Assembly (NCBI GenBank): GCA_002293315.1
Contig: DBCZ01000084.1
Span: forward strand, 2,334-36,090
DNA: 33,757 nt
Origin: Ruminococcaceae bacterium UBA945
GTDB lineage: Bacteria; Bacillota; Clostridia; Oscillospirales; Acutalibacteraceae
Direction of reading: 5' to 3'
The translations under genes and the position numbers were made by a program. Under the pieces are notes generated by a model that was given only the letters and a program-made list of their open reading frames with translations, searched no databases and was not told where the DNA came from. This document shows, piece by piece, positions 8,712 through 16,638 of the stretch. How positions within the stretch are numbered: position 1 is the stretch's first letter; every line of letters begins with the position of its first letter.

Positions 8712-8777
8712 TTGCGTCCTCCCGCCCAAGAATCGCCGCTGTTGTTCGTCGTATTCTTGGGAAACAACGGCAAGGTT

Positions 8778-8806
8778 ATTTTATCTCTCTATAATAGAAA
8801 AGTCAA
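8778..8806 (-). promoter_or_regulatory. Sigma-A promoter of the leader/ABC operon
   Basis: Minus strand TTGACT-17 nt-TAAAAT. Confidence 0.75.
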
Positions 8807-8834
8807 GCTTTGTTTGAGAGGGCGTTGAGTGCTG

Positions 8835-8863
8835 TTGACAATGTGAGTTATAAATGATAAAAT
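8835..8863 (+). promoter_or_regulatory. Sigma-A promoter of the SLH gene (divergent from the ABC promoter)
   Basis: TTGACA-17 nt-TAAAAT with TG extension; AGGAGG RBS before 8910. Confidence 0.8.
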
Positions 8864-8909
8864 TTATTTACATAAAGCAGGAAGCATTCTTAATATAGGA
8901 GGATTTGTT

Positions 8910-10571
8910 ATGAAGAGAACAATCAGCGTTCTCGTGACAGCTGTTCTCATGCTGCTCTGCGTTTTGCCGGCCGGGGCGGCGCAAGAGGAGAGAGAGGCGG
9001 TAAGCCGCACGGTGCTTGCCTTCCTTGAGGACTACACGATTAACCATATTCATTATGGCACGAATGATTTATCCGGCTATCTTCTGCCGCAGGATGCCGA
9101 CGCCTCCCCGTTTTTGAAAACAGCGGAGGTAAATCAGGGTTTTTCCGCGTTTACTGTGGATAAAAACATAAAAGCCTATCTTGAAAAGAAGATTGCCGAT
9201 AGCCAGGAAATTATGCGCGCAGATAATACCGTAAGAGAAAATCTGAGAATCAGCTTCTCCGATATTAAAATGGCCGCAGCTGGTGATATTGCCCTGGCAC
9301 AGCTGCAGGTGTTCATTGAATTTCATTATCCCGGGGCAGCGTATGACAGCGCAATGATGCCGCGCTATCTTCTCAGCCTTGTTAAAACAGGCGGAAAGTG
9401 GATAGTCGCCGATGTGATTTCCGACGACCCGATTGACAGAGGCAACGGAAAGCACTATACCGAGCCGGATAATTTAGAAGGGCCGGAGCCGCCCGAAAAT
9501 GATTTGCCGCTGATATATGATTATACAGACGTGCAGGGGCACTGGGCTTACACTTATATAAATAATGTCCTTGAAGACGGCTATTTCAACGGAACAAGCC
9601 CGACCACGTTTTCACCAAACGAATCTATGTCGAGAGGCATGTTCGTGACGGTTCTCGGAAGGATGGCGAATGCGGATTTAAGCAGCAATTCCCCGTCTCC
9701 GTTCAGTGACGTCAGAGCAGGAGCTTACTATGCTCCGTATGTCAACTGGGCGGTGCAAAAGGGCATCGTGAAGGGCGTCTCACCTAAGCTCTTCAAGCCC
9801 GATGATTCAGTGACGAGAGAGCAGATTATCCTCATGCTTTCGCGCTTTTTGGCGAGAGACGAGTTTGACCCATTGGGGCAGTTCCCGTGTGAGGTAGACT
9901 CAGACACGCCGAATTTCCAGGACATAGACAAGACCTCGGCGGAGTTCAAGAATAACTATCTTGCGTTCTATCAAGCGTCGATTATAGAGGGAAGAAGCCC
10001 GACCTCATTTGCGCCGCACAGCTTTATCACGCGCGCGGAGGCCGCGAAAATCTTTGCCCTTACGGGTCGCATGCTCGCCGGCGACGTTAAATTCTATGGA
10101 GATGCAGCGATGACATTCACCGTGCCGTGGTATTGGCTGGATAGGGTTTCGTCATGGCCGATGGGAGATAATTTCGCATTTGGCAGGGACCCGGACACCT
10201 CCTTCCATGCGAAGAGCTTCTGGGAAAGCTACGAGCGTAATGACAGAGACGTAGACGGATACACCGGGCTTCTCTTCAGCTTCTACTTTGTTGAAGACGC
10301 CGAAGGCAATATGGCTTCCTTCAAAAATGCAGACGGAAGCTGGAAAGCCGGCTTCTCCTTTTTCGCGAACGCACGGGCAACAAATTGGCTTAACCCTGAA
10401 ACTATGGCAGAAGAAACGCGCGATTTTGTTATTGTCCTCCACAAACCGGTTGTGCCGAACTTCGAGCCGGGCGACGCTTTGGGAGAAAAGCTGTATAAAA
10501 GGCTTGAAAAGGACGTCACCAGGGTGATTGAAAGCGTAGAGTTCGACCAGAATATTACCATTCTGCCATAA
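8910..10571 (+). CDS. Secreted S-layer homology (SLH) domain protein
   Basis: N-terminal signal peptide; three central SLH repeats (TDVQGHWA..FSPNESMSRG; FSDV..FKPDDSVTRE; FQDI..FAPHSFITRAE); flanking domains unrecognised. Confidence 0.85.
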   Translation: MKRTISVLVTAVLMLLCVLPAGAAQEEREAVSRTVLAFLEDYTINHIHYGTNDLSGYLLPQDADASPFLKTAEVNQGFSAFTVDKNIKAYLEKKIADSQEIMRADNTVRENLRISFSDIKMAAAGDIALAQLQVFIEFHYPGAAYDSAMMPRYLLSLVKTGGKWIVADVISDDPIDRGNGKHYTEPDNLEGPEPPENDLPLIYDYTDVQGHWAYTYINNVLEDGYFNGTSPTTFSPNESMSRGMFVTVLGRMANADLSSNSPSPFSDVRAGAYYAPYVNWAVQKGIVKGVSPKLFKPDDSVTREQIILMLSRFLARDEFDPLGQFPCEVDSDTPNFQDIDKTSAEFKNNYLAFYQASIIEGRSPTSFAPHSFITRAEAAKIFALTGRMLAGDVKFYGDAAMTFTVPWYWLDRVSSWPMGDNFAFGRDPDTSFHAKSFWESYERNDRDVDGYTGLLFSFYFVEDAEGNMASFKNADGSWKAGFSFFANARATNWLNPETMAEETRDFVIVLHKPVVPNFEPGDALGEKLYKRLEKDVTRVIESVEFDQNITILP

Positions 10572-10576
10572 CTTAG

Positions 10577-10605
10577 AAATCTTCTCTGACAGGGGAGATT
10601 TTTTT
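10577..10605 (+). terminator. Intrinsic terminator after the SLH gene
   Basis: AAATCTTCTCTG / CAGGGGAGATTT hairpin with G-U pairs, followed by a T-run. Confidence 0.6.
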
Positions 10606-10742
10606 GCCTCTTTGCGGAGAACCGCATTTGCGCGCCCGACAAAAAAATGTGGATTTTTAGTGATAAACATGATAAAATGTAATTGGAATTAAAGGATTTA
10701 GTTTATTTCATGATAAAAATACATCATTTTCGGAGGTGCACC

Positions 10743-11066
10743 ATGAAGCTAATACTTGCGATTGTCAGCAATGACGACAGCGGCGCCGTCTCATCGGCCT
10801 TGACGAGAGAGGGATATTCCGTCACGAAGCTTGCCACAACAGGCGGCTTTCTCATGGCGGGGAACACAACGTTCATCGCCGGTGTAGACGATGAAAAGGT
10901 TGATGATGTCATCAGCATTATTTCCAAGCAGAGCAGCAGAAGAACGCAGATTGTCCCGAGCGCCTCAACAATGGACGTCGGCATGTACACCTCATTCCCG
11001 GTTGAGGTCACGGTCGGAGGCTCAACGATTTTCGTGCTCAATGTGGATAGATTTGAAAAGGTCTGA
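10743..11066 (+). CDS. darA: Cyclic di-AMP receptor, PII-like (DarA/PstA/YaaQ)
   Basis: MKLILAIV..TKLATTGGFLMAGNTT..PVEVTVGGSTIFVLNVDRFEKV; GGAGG RBS supports ATG 10743; upstream of holB as in other Firmicutes. Confidence 0.92.
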   Translation: MKLILAIVSNDDSGAVSSALTREGYSVTKLATTGGFLMAGNTTFIAGVDDEKVDDVISIISKQSSRRTQIVPSASTMDVGMYTSFPVEVTVGGSTIFVLNVDRFEKV

Positions 11067-11069
11067 TAT

Positions 11070-12035
11070 TTGATGAATCTCAATTCATTTGTGGGGAACA
11101 GCCAGGTTAAGAAATTCCTCTCCGACGCAAAGGACGGCGGGAGGTTTCCTCACGCGGTTATTTTTCAGGGAGAGGCCGGCACGGGCAAGAAGACGCTTGC
11201 GAAGCTTGTGGCCAATGCGCTTGTGTGCAGGGATGCAAATGCTCCGTGCGGCGAATGCCCCGCGTGCAAAAGGGCGAGGGCGGGCTCGCATCCGGACATC
11301 AGAATCGAAGAGGGGAGTGGGGCGACCCGCTCCCTCAATGTTGAAGCGGCTAAAAGGATAATCCTCGACTCGCACAGAATGCCCGAAGAAGCGGATTACA
11401 ACATCTATCTGTTGTTCGTCGAGAACAAAATGCCCGAGGTCACGCAGAACAAGCTGCTCAAGCTGATAGAAGAGCCGCCCGGCAACACCGTATTTATCAT
11501 CACGGTCCCCTCGGCTGAAAGCCTCTTGCCGACGATTCGCTCGCGTTCACAGATTTTCTCCCTGCGCCCGGTAGCCGTCAATGAGGCGGCAGACTATGGC
11601 CGCATGATCGGCATGGAGAGCGCAGAGGCCGAGAGGCTGGCGGCACTCTGCGGCGGGAATATCGGGCGAATGCTTCAGGAGAGAGGCGAGGGAGAAGAGG
11701 CATATGCAACTGCGGCGGCGGAGAGAATCGCGCTTGCCTCGGCGGAGAGAAATACCGAAAGGCTGTTGGAAGAGACAGCGCCGCTCATAAAGAATAGACA
11801 GCTCACAGGTGAGGTGCTTGAACGGCTCGGGTTGATTTTACGTGACGGCGCGGTGCTGAAAGCCGGAGGAAGCGAGCTGCTTTCGCCTGGAGGCGAGGCG
11901 GCAGAAGAGCTCACAAAGCGCTCGGCGGGCGATTTGCTTAAGCTGCTTGACGCAGTGACTGAGCACAGGAAAAAGCTTGAAAGAAATGCGAATATGCCGC
12001 TGCTCATCACGAGCCTCTGCGCGGCGTTGGCTTAA
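11070..12035 (+). CDS. holB: DNA polymerase III delta' subunit
   Basis: PHAVIFQGEAGTGKK, zinc module C..PCGECPAC..HPD, NKLLKLIEEPP, LLPTIRSR; conserved synteny with darA and yaaT. Confidence 0.88.
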   Translation: MMNLNSFVGNSQVKKFLSDAKDGGRFPHAVIFQGEAGTGKKTLAKLVANALVCRDANAPCGECPACKRARAGSHPDIRIEEGSGATRSLNVEAAKRIILDSHRMPEEADYNIYLLFVENKMPEVTQNKLLKLIEEPPGNTVFIITVPSAESLLPTIRSRSQIFSLRPVAVNEAADYGRMIGMESAEAERLAALCGGNIGRMLQERGEGEEAYATAAAERIALASAERNTERLLEETAPLIKNRQLTGEVLERLGLILRDGAVLKAGGSELLSPGGEAAEELTKRSAGDLLKLLDAVTEHRKKLERNANMPLLITSLCAALA

Positions 12036-12055
12036 AATAAATATTGGAGAAGAAA

Positions 12056-12922
12056 ATGGAGATAGTAGGAATAAAGTTCAAAGACACAGGCAAGGTGTAT
12101 TATTTCGACCCAAAAGGGATAAAAATGCAGCTTGGCGACAAGGCTATAGTCGAGACGGCCAGAGGACTTGAATGTGGTGAGGTTGCGCTGGCGAACAAAA
12201 ATGTGGCGGAGGAGAATATCGTTCAGCCGCTTAAAAAGGTGGTTCGCAAGGCAACGGACGCAGACATAAACAAGGTGAGTGAGAACGCGCAGAAGGAGAA
12301 AGACGCCTTCGTGCAGTGCGAGCAGAAAATCGAAGAGCATAAGCTTGAGATGAAGCTCGTCGATGTTGAAATCACGTTTGACAACACCAAGATTCTCTTT
12401 TATTTCACGGCTGACGGCAGGGTGGATTTTCGTGAGCTCGTCAAGGATTTAGCCGGTCTTTTCCGCACAAGGATTGAGCTGAGGCAAATCGGCGTGCGAG
12501 ACGAAGCCAAGATGATTGGCGGCATAGGCATATGCGGGCGGCCGTTCTGCTGCACGTCATATCTCAACGGCTTCCAGCCGGTTTCAATCAAAATGGCGAA
12601 GGAGCAGGGGCTTTCATTGAATCCCGTGAAGATTTCGGGCGTTTGCGGACGTTTGATGTGCTGTCTTAAATATGAGCAGGAGGCCTACCTCGACCTTCTT
12701 CGCACGACGCCGAAGGTGAATGCGATCGTCAATACAGCCGAGGGCAGGGGAATTGTCGTGGACCAGAACCTTCTCACCGGCAAGCTCACGGTTCGCCTTG
12801 ACAAGGACCCGGACGCCGCCCCTCAGGTCTTCAAGGTCAGCGAGGTTAAGGTGATAAAGGACGGCAGAATTCAAGTGGATAAAAAAGAGATTGACGAGCT
12901 GAGGAATCTGGAAGAGAGCTAA
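12056..12922 (+). CDS. yaaT: RicT/YaaT (PSP1-domain) protein
   Basis: YYFDP, ADGRVDFRELVKDLA, RIELRQIGVRDEAK, GICGRPFCC, SGVCGRLMCCLKYE. Confidence 0.93.
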   Translation: MEIVGIKFKDTGKVYYFDPKGIKMQLGDKAIVETARGLECGEVALANKNVAEENIVQPLKKVVRKATDADINKVSENAQKEKDAFVQCEQKIEEHKLEMKLVDVEITFDNTKILFYFTADGRVDFRELVKDLAGLFRTRIELRQIGVRDEAKMIGGIGICGRPFCCTSYLNGFQPVSIKMAKEQGLSLNPVKISGVCGRLMCCLKYEQEAYLDLLRTTPKVNAIVNTAEGRGIVVDQNLLTGKLTVRLDKDPDAAPQVFKVSEVKVIKDGRIQVDKKEIDELRNLEES

Positions 12923-12947
12923 GGTGGAGTCAGCAGGAAGTGAAGCT

Positions 12948-13676
12948 ATGAGCATAGCCCTTTACAATCAATTACTTGAAGAGAAAAAGGCAGCATATAA
13001 GGGCGGTATATATCGCCTTAGCCAAATAATGTTTGCATATAACAGCAACCGTATAGAGGGAAGTAAGCTCACCGAGGAGCAAACGAGATTTATTTTTGAA
13101 ACAAACACCGTAATATCAAAAGACGAGGAGAGCATCAACGTTGACGACATCACAGAAGCCGCCAACCATTTTGCTCTCTTTGATTATATGCTGGAAACTG
13201 CGCCTTGCCCGCTAAGTGAAGACATGATTAAGGAATATCATGCCATCTTAAAAAGGGGAACGTCAGACTCGCGCCTTTCGTGGTTCAGGGTAGGTGAGTA
13301 TAAGTCCTTGCAGAACACTGTCGGAGATTTGACGGTGACCTCTGCGCCCGAAAAGGTCGCTGAAGATATGAGCGCGATGCTGAAAAGATACGATACTAAA
13401 GAAAATGTTTCATTTGAAAGCCTCGTTGATTTTCATTACCGATTTGAAAAGATTCACCCGTTCCAAGACGGCAACGGGCGCGTGGGGCGAATGATTATGT
13501 TTAAGGAATGCCTGAAAAACGGCATAATCCCTTTCATCATTGAAGACCAAAACAAAGCTTTTTACTATCGCGGGCTTTCAGAATATCCGAAAGAGCCTGG
13601 GTATTTACTTGAAACCTGCCGGCACGCGCAGGATATATACGGAGCGATGTGTGAAAAGTATGTTCCACTGCAATAA
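12948..13676 (+). CDS. Fic-domain protein (putative AMPylase, class II type)
   Basis: Canonical HPFQDGNGRVGR motif and N-terminal inhibitory SNRIEG motif; start may be GTG 12924 or ATG 12948. Confidence 0.88.
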   Translation: MSIALYNQLLEEKKAAYKGGIYRLSQIMFAYNSNRIEGSKLTEEQTRFIFETNTVISKDEESINVDDITEAANHFALFDYMLETAPCPLSEDMIKEYHAILKRGTSDSRLSWFRVGEYKSLQNTVGDLTVTSAPEKVAEDMSAMLKRYDTKENVSFESLVDFHYRFEKIHPFQDGNGRVGRMIMFKECLKNGIIPFIIEDQNKAFYYRGLSEYPKEPGYLLETCRHAQDIYGAMCEKYVPLQ

Positions 13677-13681
13677 AAGCT

Positions 13682-13709
13682 TTGATTTTTTTAAATAATA
13701 TGTTATCAT
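13682..13709 (+). promoter_or_regulatory. Putative promoter of the ferredoxin gene
   Basis: TTGATT-16 nt-TATCAT with TG extension. Confidence 0.45.
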
Positions 13710-13745
13710 GTTCATGTAAAAATCATTCTAAACGGAGGTGCTGAT

Positions 13746-13916
13746 ATGGCATATAAAATTGGTGATGACTGCATTTCTTGCGGCGCATGCGCGGGCGTTT
13801 GCCCGGTTGAAGCGATTTCAGAGGGCGACGGCAAGTATGTGATTGACGCAGGCAAATGCACAGACTGCGGCTCATGCGAGGCCACCTGCCCCGTATCGAC
13901 AATCAGCGCAGGCTGA
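13746..13916 (+). CDS. fdx: Clostridial-type 2[4Fe-4S] ferredoxin (56 aa; missing from the ORF track)
   Basis: Hand translation MAYKIGDDCISCGACAGVCPVEAISEGDGKYVIDAGKCTDCGSCEATCPVSTISAG: two CxxCxxCxxxCP motifs; GGAGGTG RBS. Confidence 0.95.
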   Translation: MAYKIGDDCISCGACAGVCPVEAISEGDGKYVIDAGKCTDCGSCEATCPVSTISAG

Positions 13917-13930
13917 GTTAAAACAACGGA

Positions 13931-13960
13931 AAGCTTGGTGATTGCCAAGCTTTTTTGTTT
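13931..13960 (+). terminator. Intrinsic terminator after the ferredoxin gene
   Basis: AAGCTTGG-TGATTG-CCAAGCTT followed by TTTTTGTTT. Confidence 0.8.
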
Positions 13961-14007
13961 GTTCTTAGCAGATAATTTTAGTAGAAGGAAGAGAGAAAGG
14001 GCGGAGT

Positions 14008-14610
14008 ATGGATGCGTCGGTATTTTGGGATGTTATCGGAAACTATAACACCTTCACTTGGATATACCAATGTGTCATTGCGATATCGTTACTCATAAGC
14101 GCAGGTCTTGCAGTTCTCAAAAATAAAGCATGGCTTCTTAAAGCGGCACTTGGCGTTGGAAATATCTTTATAGGTGTCGTGTTCTTCCTCGTTTACGGAA
14201 CAGAGGCGATTCAGAAATATTTTGCCGCCCCGCTATTTTTGCTGACGGGACTCCTGCTTTTCCGTGAAGCGGTAATGTATAGGAATGTTAAGCTCGGGAA
14301 ACCAGGCGCAGTGCAGTGGATACTGCTGTTAATGTTTATTATCTACCCAATGGCATCTTTTTTGTTGGGTCATACTTTTCCACGTATTGTCACATACATT
14401 ATACCATGTCCTTTTATCAGCCTGAGCATTGCGGTTTACTCATGCTATGAACAAAAAAGTAAATTGATTTTGCTGCTCTTGACAATATGGGGCGTTACAG
14501 GCCTCAAAGCCTTTTTCGTAAACGCTTTTGAGGATATAATACTGCTGATATGCGGACTGTTTTGCCTATGGATACTGATAAGAACTATGCGAAGGCAACA
14601 TAGGGCATGA
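14008..14610 (+). CDS. Integral membrane protein, DUF6064-like
   Basis: FWDVIGNYN N-terminus, several TM segments, IYP..G..FP..PCP and ED motif near the C-terminus recall DUF6064. Confidence 0.6.
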   Translation: MDASVFWDVIGNYNTFTWIYQCVIAISLLISAGLAVLKNKAWLLKAALGVGNIFIGVVFFLVYGTEAIQKYFAAPLFLLTGLLLFREAVMYRNVKLGKPGAVQWILLLMFIIYPMASFLLGHTFPRIVTYIIPCPFISLSIAVYSCYEQKSKLILLLLTIWGVTGLKAFFVNAFEDIILLICGLFCLWILIRTMRRQHRA

Positions 14611-14674
14611 ACTTAAATGCCATATCCGCCGCATGTTTAACAAGGTTATCAATTTGTGTGGGAGGGAGGCTTGC

Positions 14675-15409
14675 ATGGCGACAGAAAAATGGGAAAGATT
14701 GAATAATGAACACGGCCTATATGTCACGAAGGAGCATGGCTTCTCGACTGACACGCTTCTGCTTGCCGATTTTTCCATGCCTAAAAAAGCGGAGATATGT
14801 GCCGATTTCGGCACGGGCGCCGGAGCGATTGCGTTCATCTGGAAAATGAGAGCCAACCCGAAAATGATTTACGGAATTGAGCTTCAGGAGAATGCTTTCA
14901 TGCTGGCGGCAAAATCTCTCGTAAGGAACGGCTTCGATGGGGTTGAGCTCATCCACGGCGACGTGCGCGAAAGGCCGCTGCCAAACGAAAGCTTGGATTT
15001 AATCGCCTGCAATCCGCCATATAAGGCTAAAACCGCAGGGCTGAAAAACCCGAGCGAAGCAAAGCGCCTTGCGCGCCACGAGGAGAGCCTCACGATTGAT
15101 GAGCTGGCGGAAGCGGCGGCATATGCCCTGAAATTCGGCGGCAGGCTTTGCCTTTGCCAGCGCCCGGAAAGGATGGCAGATGTGATTGTGGCACTGCGAA
15201 AGAACAGAATTGAGCCGAAGCGGCTGCGCCTTGTTCAGCAACGGGCCGGTTCAAAGCCTATGCTGGCTCTCATTGAGGGCAGAAAGGGCGGAGGGAGCGG
15301 GCTGGTCGCCGAACCGACGCTCATTATCGAGGACGAAAACGGCTATACCTCTGAAATGAAGGCCGTTTACGGCGATTACTATTTAGGAGACGGAAATGAA
15401 GGAGATTGA
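14675..15409 (+). CDS. yabB: tRNA1(Val) A37 N6-methyltransferase (YabB/TrmM-like)
   Basis: FSTDTLLLADF, DFGTGAG SAM motif, CNPPY, ARHE; GGGAGG RBS supports ATG 14675; directly upstream of rsmI. Confidence 0.85.
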   Translation: MATEKWERLNNEHGLYVTKEHGFSTDTLLLADFSMPKKAEICADFGTGAGAIAFIWKMRANPKMIYGIELQENAFMLAAKSLVRNGFDGVELIHGDVRERPLPNESLDLIACNPPYKAKTAGLKNPSEAKRLARHEESLTIDELAEAAAYALKFGGRLCLCQRPERMADVIVALRKNRIEPKRLRLVQQRAGSKPMLALIEGRKGGGSGLVAEPTLIIEDENGYTSEMKAVYGDYYLGDGNEGD

Positions 15410-16235
15410 AAACGCGCTCTATGTCGTCGGCACGCCTATCGGAAATCTGGAGGATTTCTCCCCGCGCGCAAGGGAGGTGCTTGCCTGCGTGGATTTCATC
15501 GCCGCCGAGGATACGCGCGTGACGATGAAACTGCTGAATAAATTCGACATCAAAAAACCGATGGTGAGCTTCTTTGAGCATAATAAATTCGAAAAGGGTG
15601 AGCAGATAACCGGGCGCATAAAGGGCGGCGAGAGCTGCGCGCTGGTCACTGACGCAGGCATGCCCGCAATTTCTGACCCGGGCGAGACGCTCGTCGCGGC
15701 CTGTGCAAGCGAGAACATAGCGGTCTATGTCGTGCCCGGCCCCACGGCGATGGCCTCGGCGCTGGCGATAAGTGGGCTGCCGACCGGTCGCTTCACGTTC
15801 GAGGGATTTTTGAGCATGAACAAGCGAAGTCGAGCGGAGCATCTTGCTTCTCTGCAAAATGAAAGCCGCACGATGATTTTCTATGAAGCCCCGCACAAGC
15901 TGAGGAAAACCCTGGCCGACATGAAGAAAACCTTCGGTGAAGAGAGAAGAATCTCGCTTTGCCGTGAGCTGACGAAGCTGCATGAGGAGGTCATACGCAA
16001 CACTCTCGGCGAAGCGGCGAGGATATACCGTGAGCGTGAGCCGAAGGGCGAATTTGTGCTGGTTATCGAGGGCAAGGCAGAGATGGCAGGCGAGAGTGAA
16101 ATCACACTTGAAGAGGCCGTGAGCTATGCGAAGGAGCTGATAAGCAGCGGGCTTTCAAAAAGCGACGCCGCAAAAGAGGCGGCGCAAATGAGCGGGCAAA
16201 AGAAAGGCGATATATATAAATTACTGTTGGAATGA
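15396..16235 (+). CDS. rsmI: 16S rRNA C1402 2'-O-methyltransferase
   Basis: LYVVGTPIGNLED, AEDTR, DAGMPAISDPG, FEGFL, FYEAPH, RELTKLHEE, KGEFVLVI. Confidence 0.95.
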   Translation: MKEIENALYVVGTPIGNLEDFSPRAREVLACVDFIAAEDTRVTMKLLNKFDIKKPMVSFFEHNKFEKGEQITGRIKGGESCALVTDAGMPAISDPGETLVAACASENIAVYVVPGPTAMASALAISGLPTGRFTFEGFLSMNKRSRAEHLASLQNESRTMIFYEAPHKLRKTLADMKKTFGEERRISLCRELTKLHEEVIRNTLGEAARIYREREPKGEFVLVIEGKAEMAGESEITLEEAVSYAKELISSGLSKSDAAKEAAQMSGQKKGDIYKLLLE

Positions 16236-16405
16236 CGGAACATAGATGTTACATTTTTTGAGGGAGCATATTCAGGAGAATAATTAACATGAATGAGTTG
16301 CCTGTAAGAAAGAAAATGAGGCTTAATGATTACAATTATAGTCAAGAGGGTGTATTCTTTATTACAGTATGTGTAAAAGACAAGCATGAGATATTAGGAA
16401 AAACA

Positions 16406-16479
16406 GTAGGGAGCGACGACCCCGGCGCTCCGTCAAGCGACGACCCCGGCGCTCCGTCAAGCGACGACCCCGGCGCTCC
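16406..16479 (+). repeat. GTAG-type REP with in-frame 24-bp tandem amplification inside the RAYT gene
   Basis: GTAGGGAGCGACGACCCCGGCGCTCCG (16406-16432); unit AGCGACGACCCCGGCGCTCCGTCA at 16412, 16436 and a 20-bp partial copy at 16460, encoding SDDPGAP three times. Confidence 0.9.
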
Positions 16480-16611
16480 TTACATGAAGTTGTCTGCATA
16501 TGGGAATATCGTCAAGAAGTACGTTGAAGAAATCGAAAAGCACTATCCTATTTCAATAGATAAATACATAATAATGCCAAACCATGTGCATATGCTTATT
16601 GCTGTGCTGAA

Positions 16612-16638
16612 CGGCGCGCCGAGGTCGTCGTGCCCTAC
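16612..16638 (-). repeat. Inverted GTAG-type REP inside the RAYT gene
   Basis: Reverse complement is GTAGGGCACGACGACCTCGGCGCGCCG, 23/27 identical to the REP at 16406. Confidence 0.85.

Noticed and set aside
8455-8775. Known riboswitch or T-box in the ABC leader
   Set aside because: I could not find a T-box (AAGGTGGTACC-like) or recognisable SAM, TPP, FMN, purine or cobalamin consensus by eye; an Rfam scan is needed to exclude this formally.
13712-13948. 78-aa minus-strand ORF
   Set aside because: Antisense shadow of the ferredoxin gene.
16406-16479. Short direct repeats as a possible CRISPR array
   Set aside because: The units are contiguous with no unique spacers, lie inside an ORF, and there are no cas genes; a REP tandem duplication explains them better.
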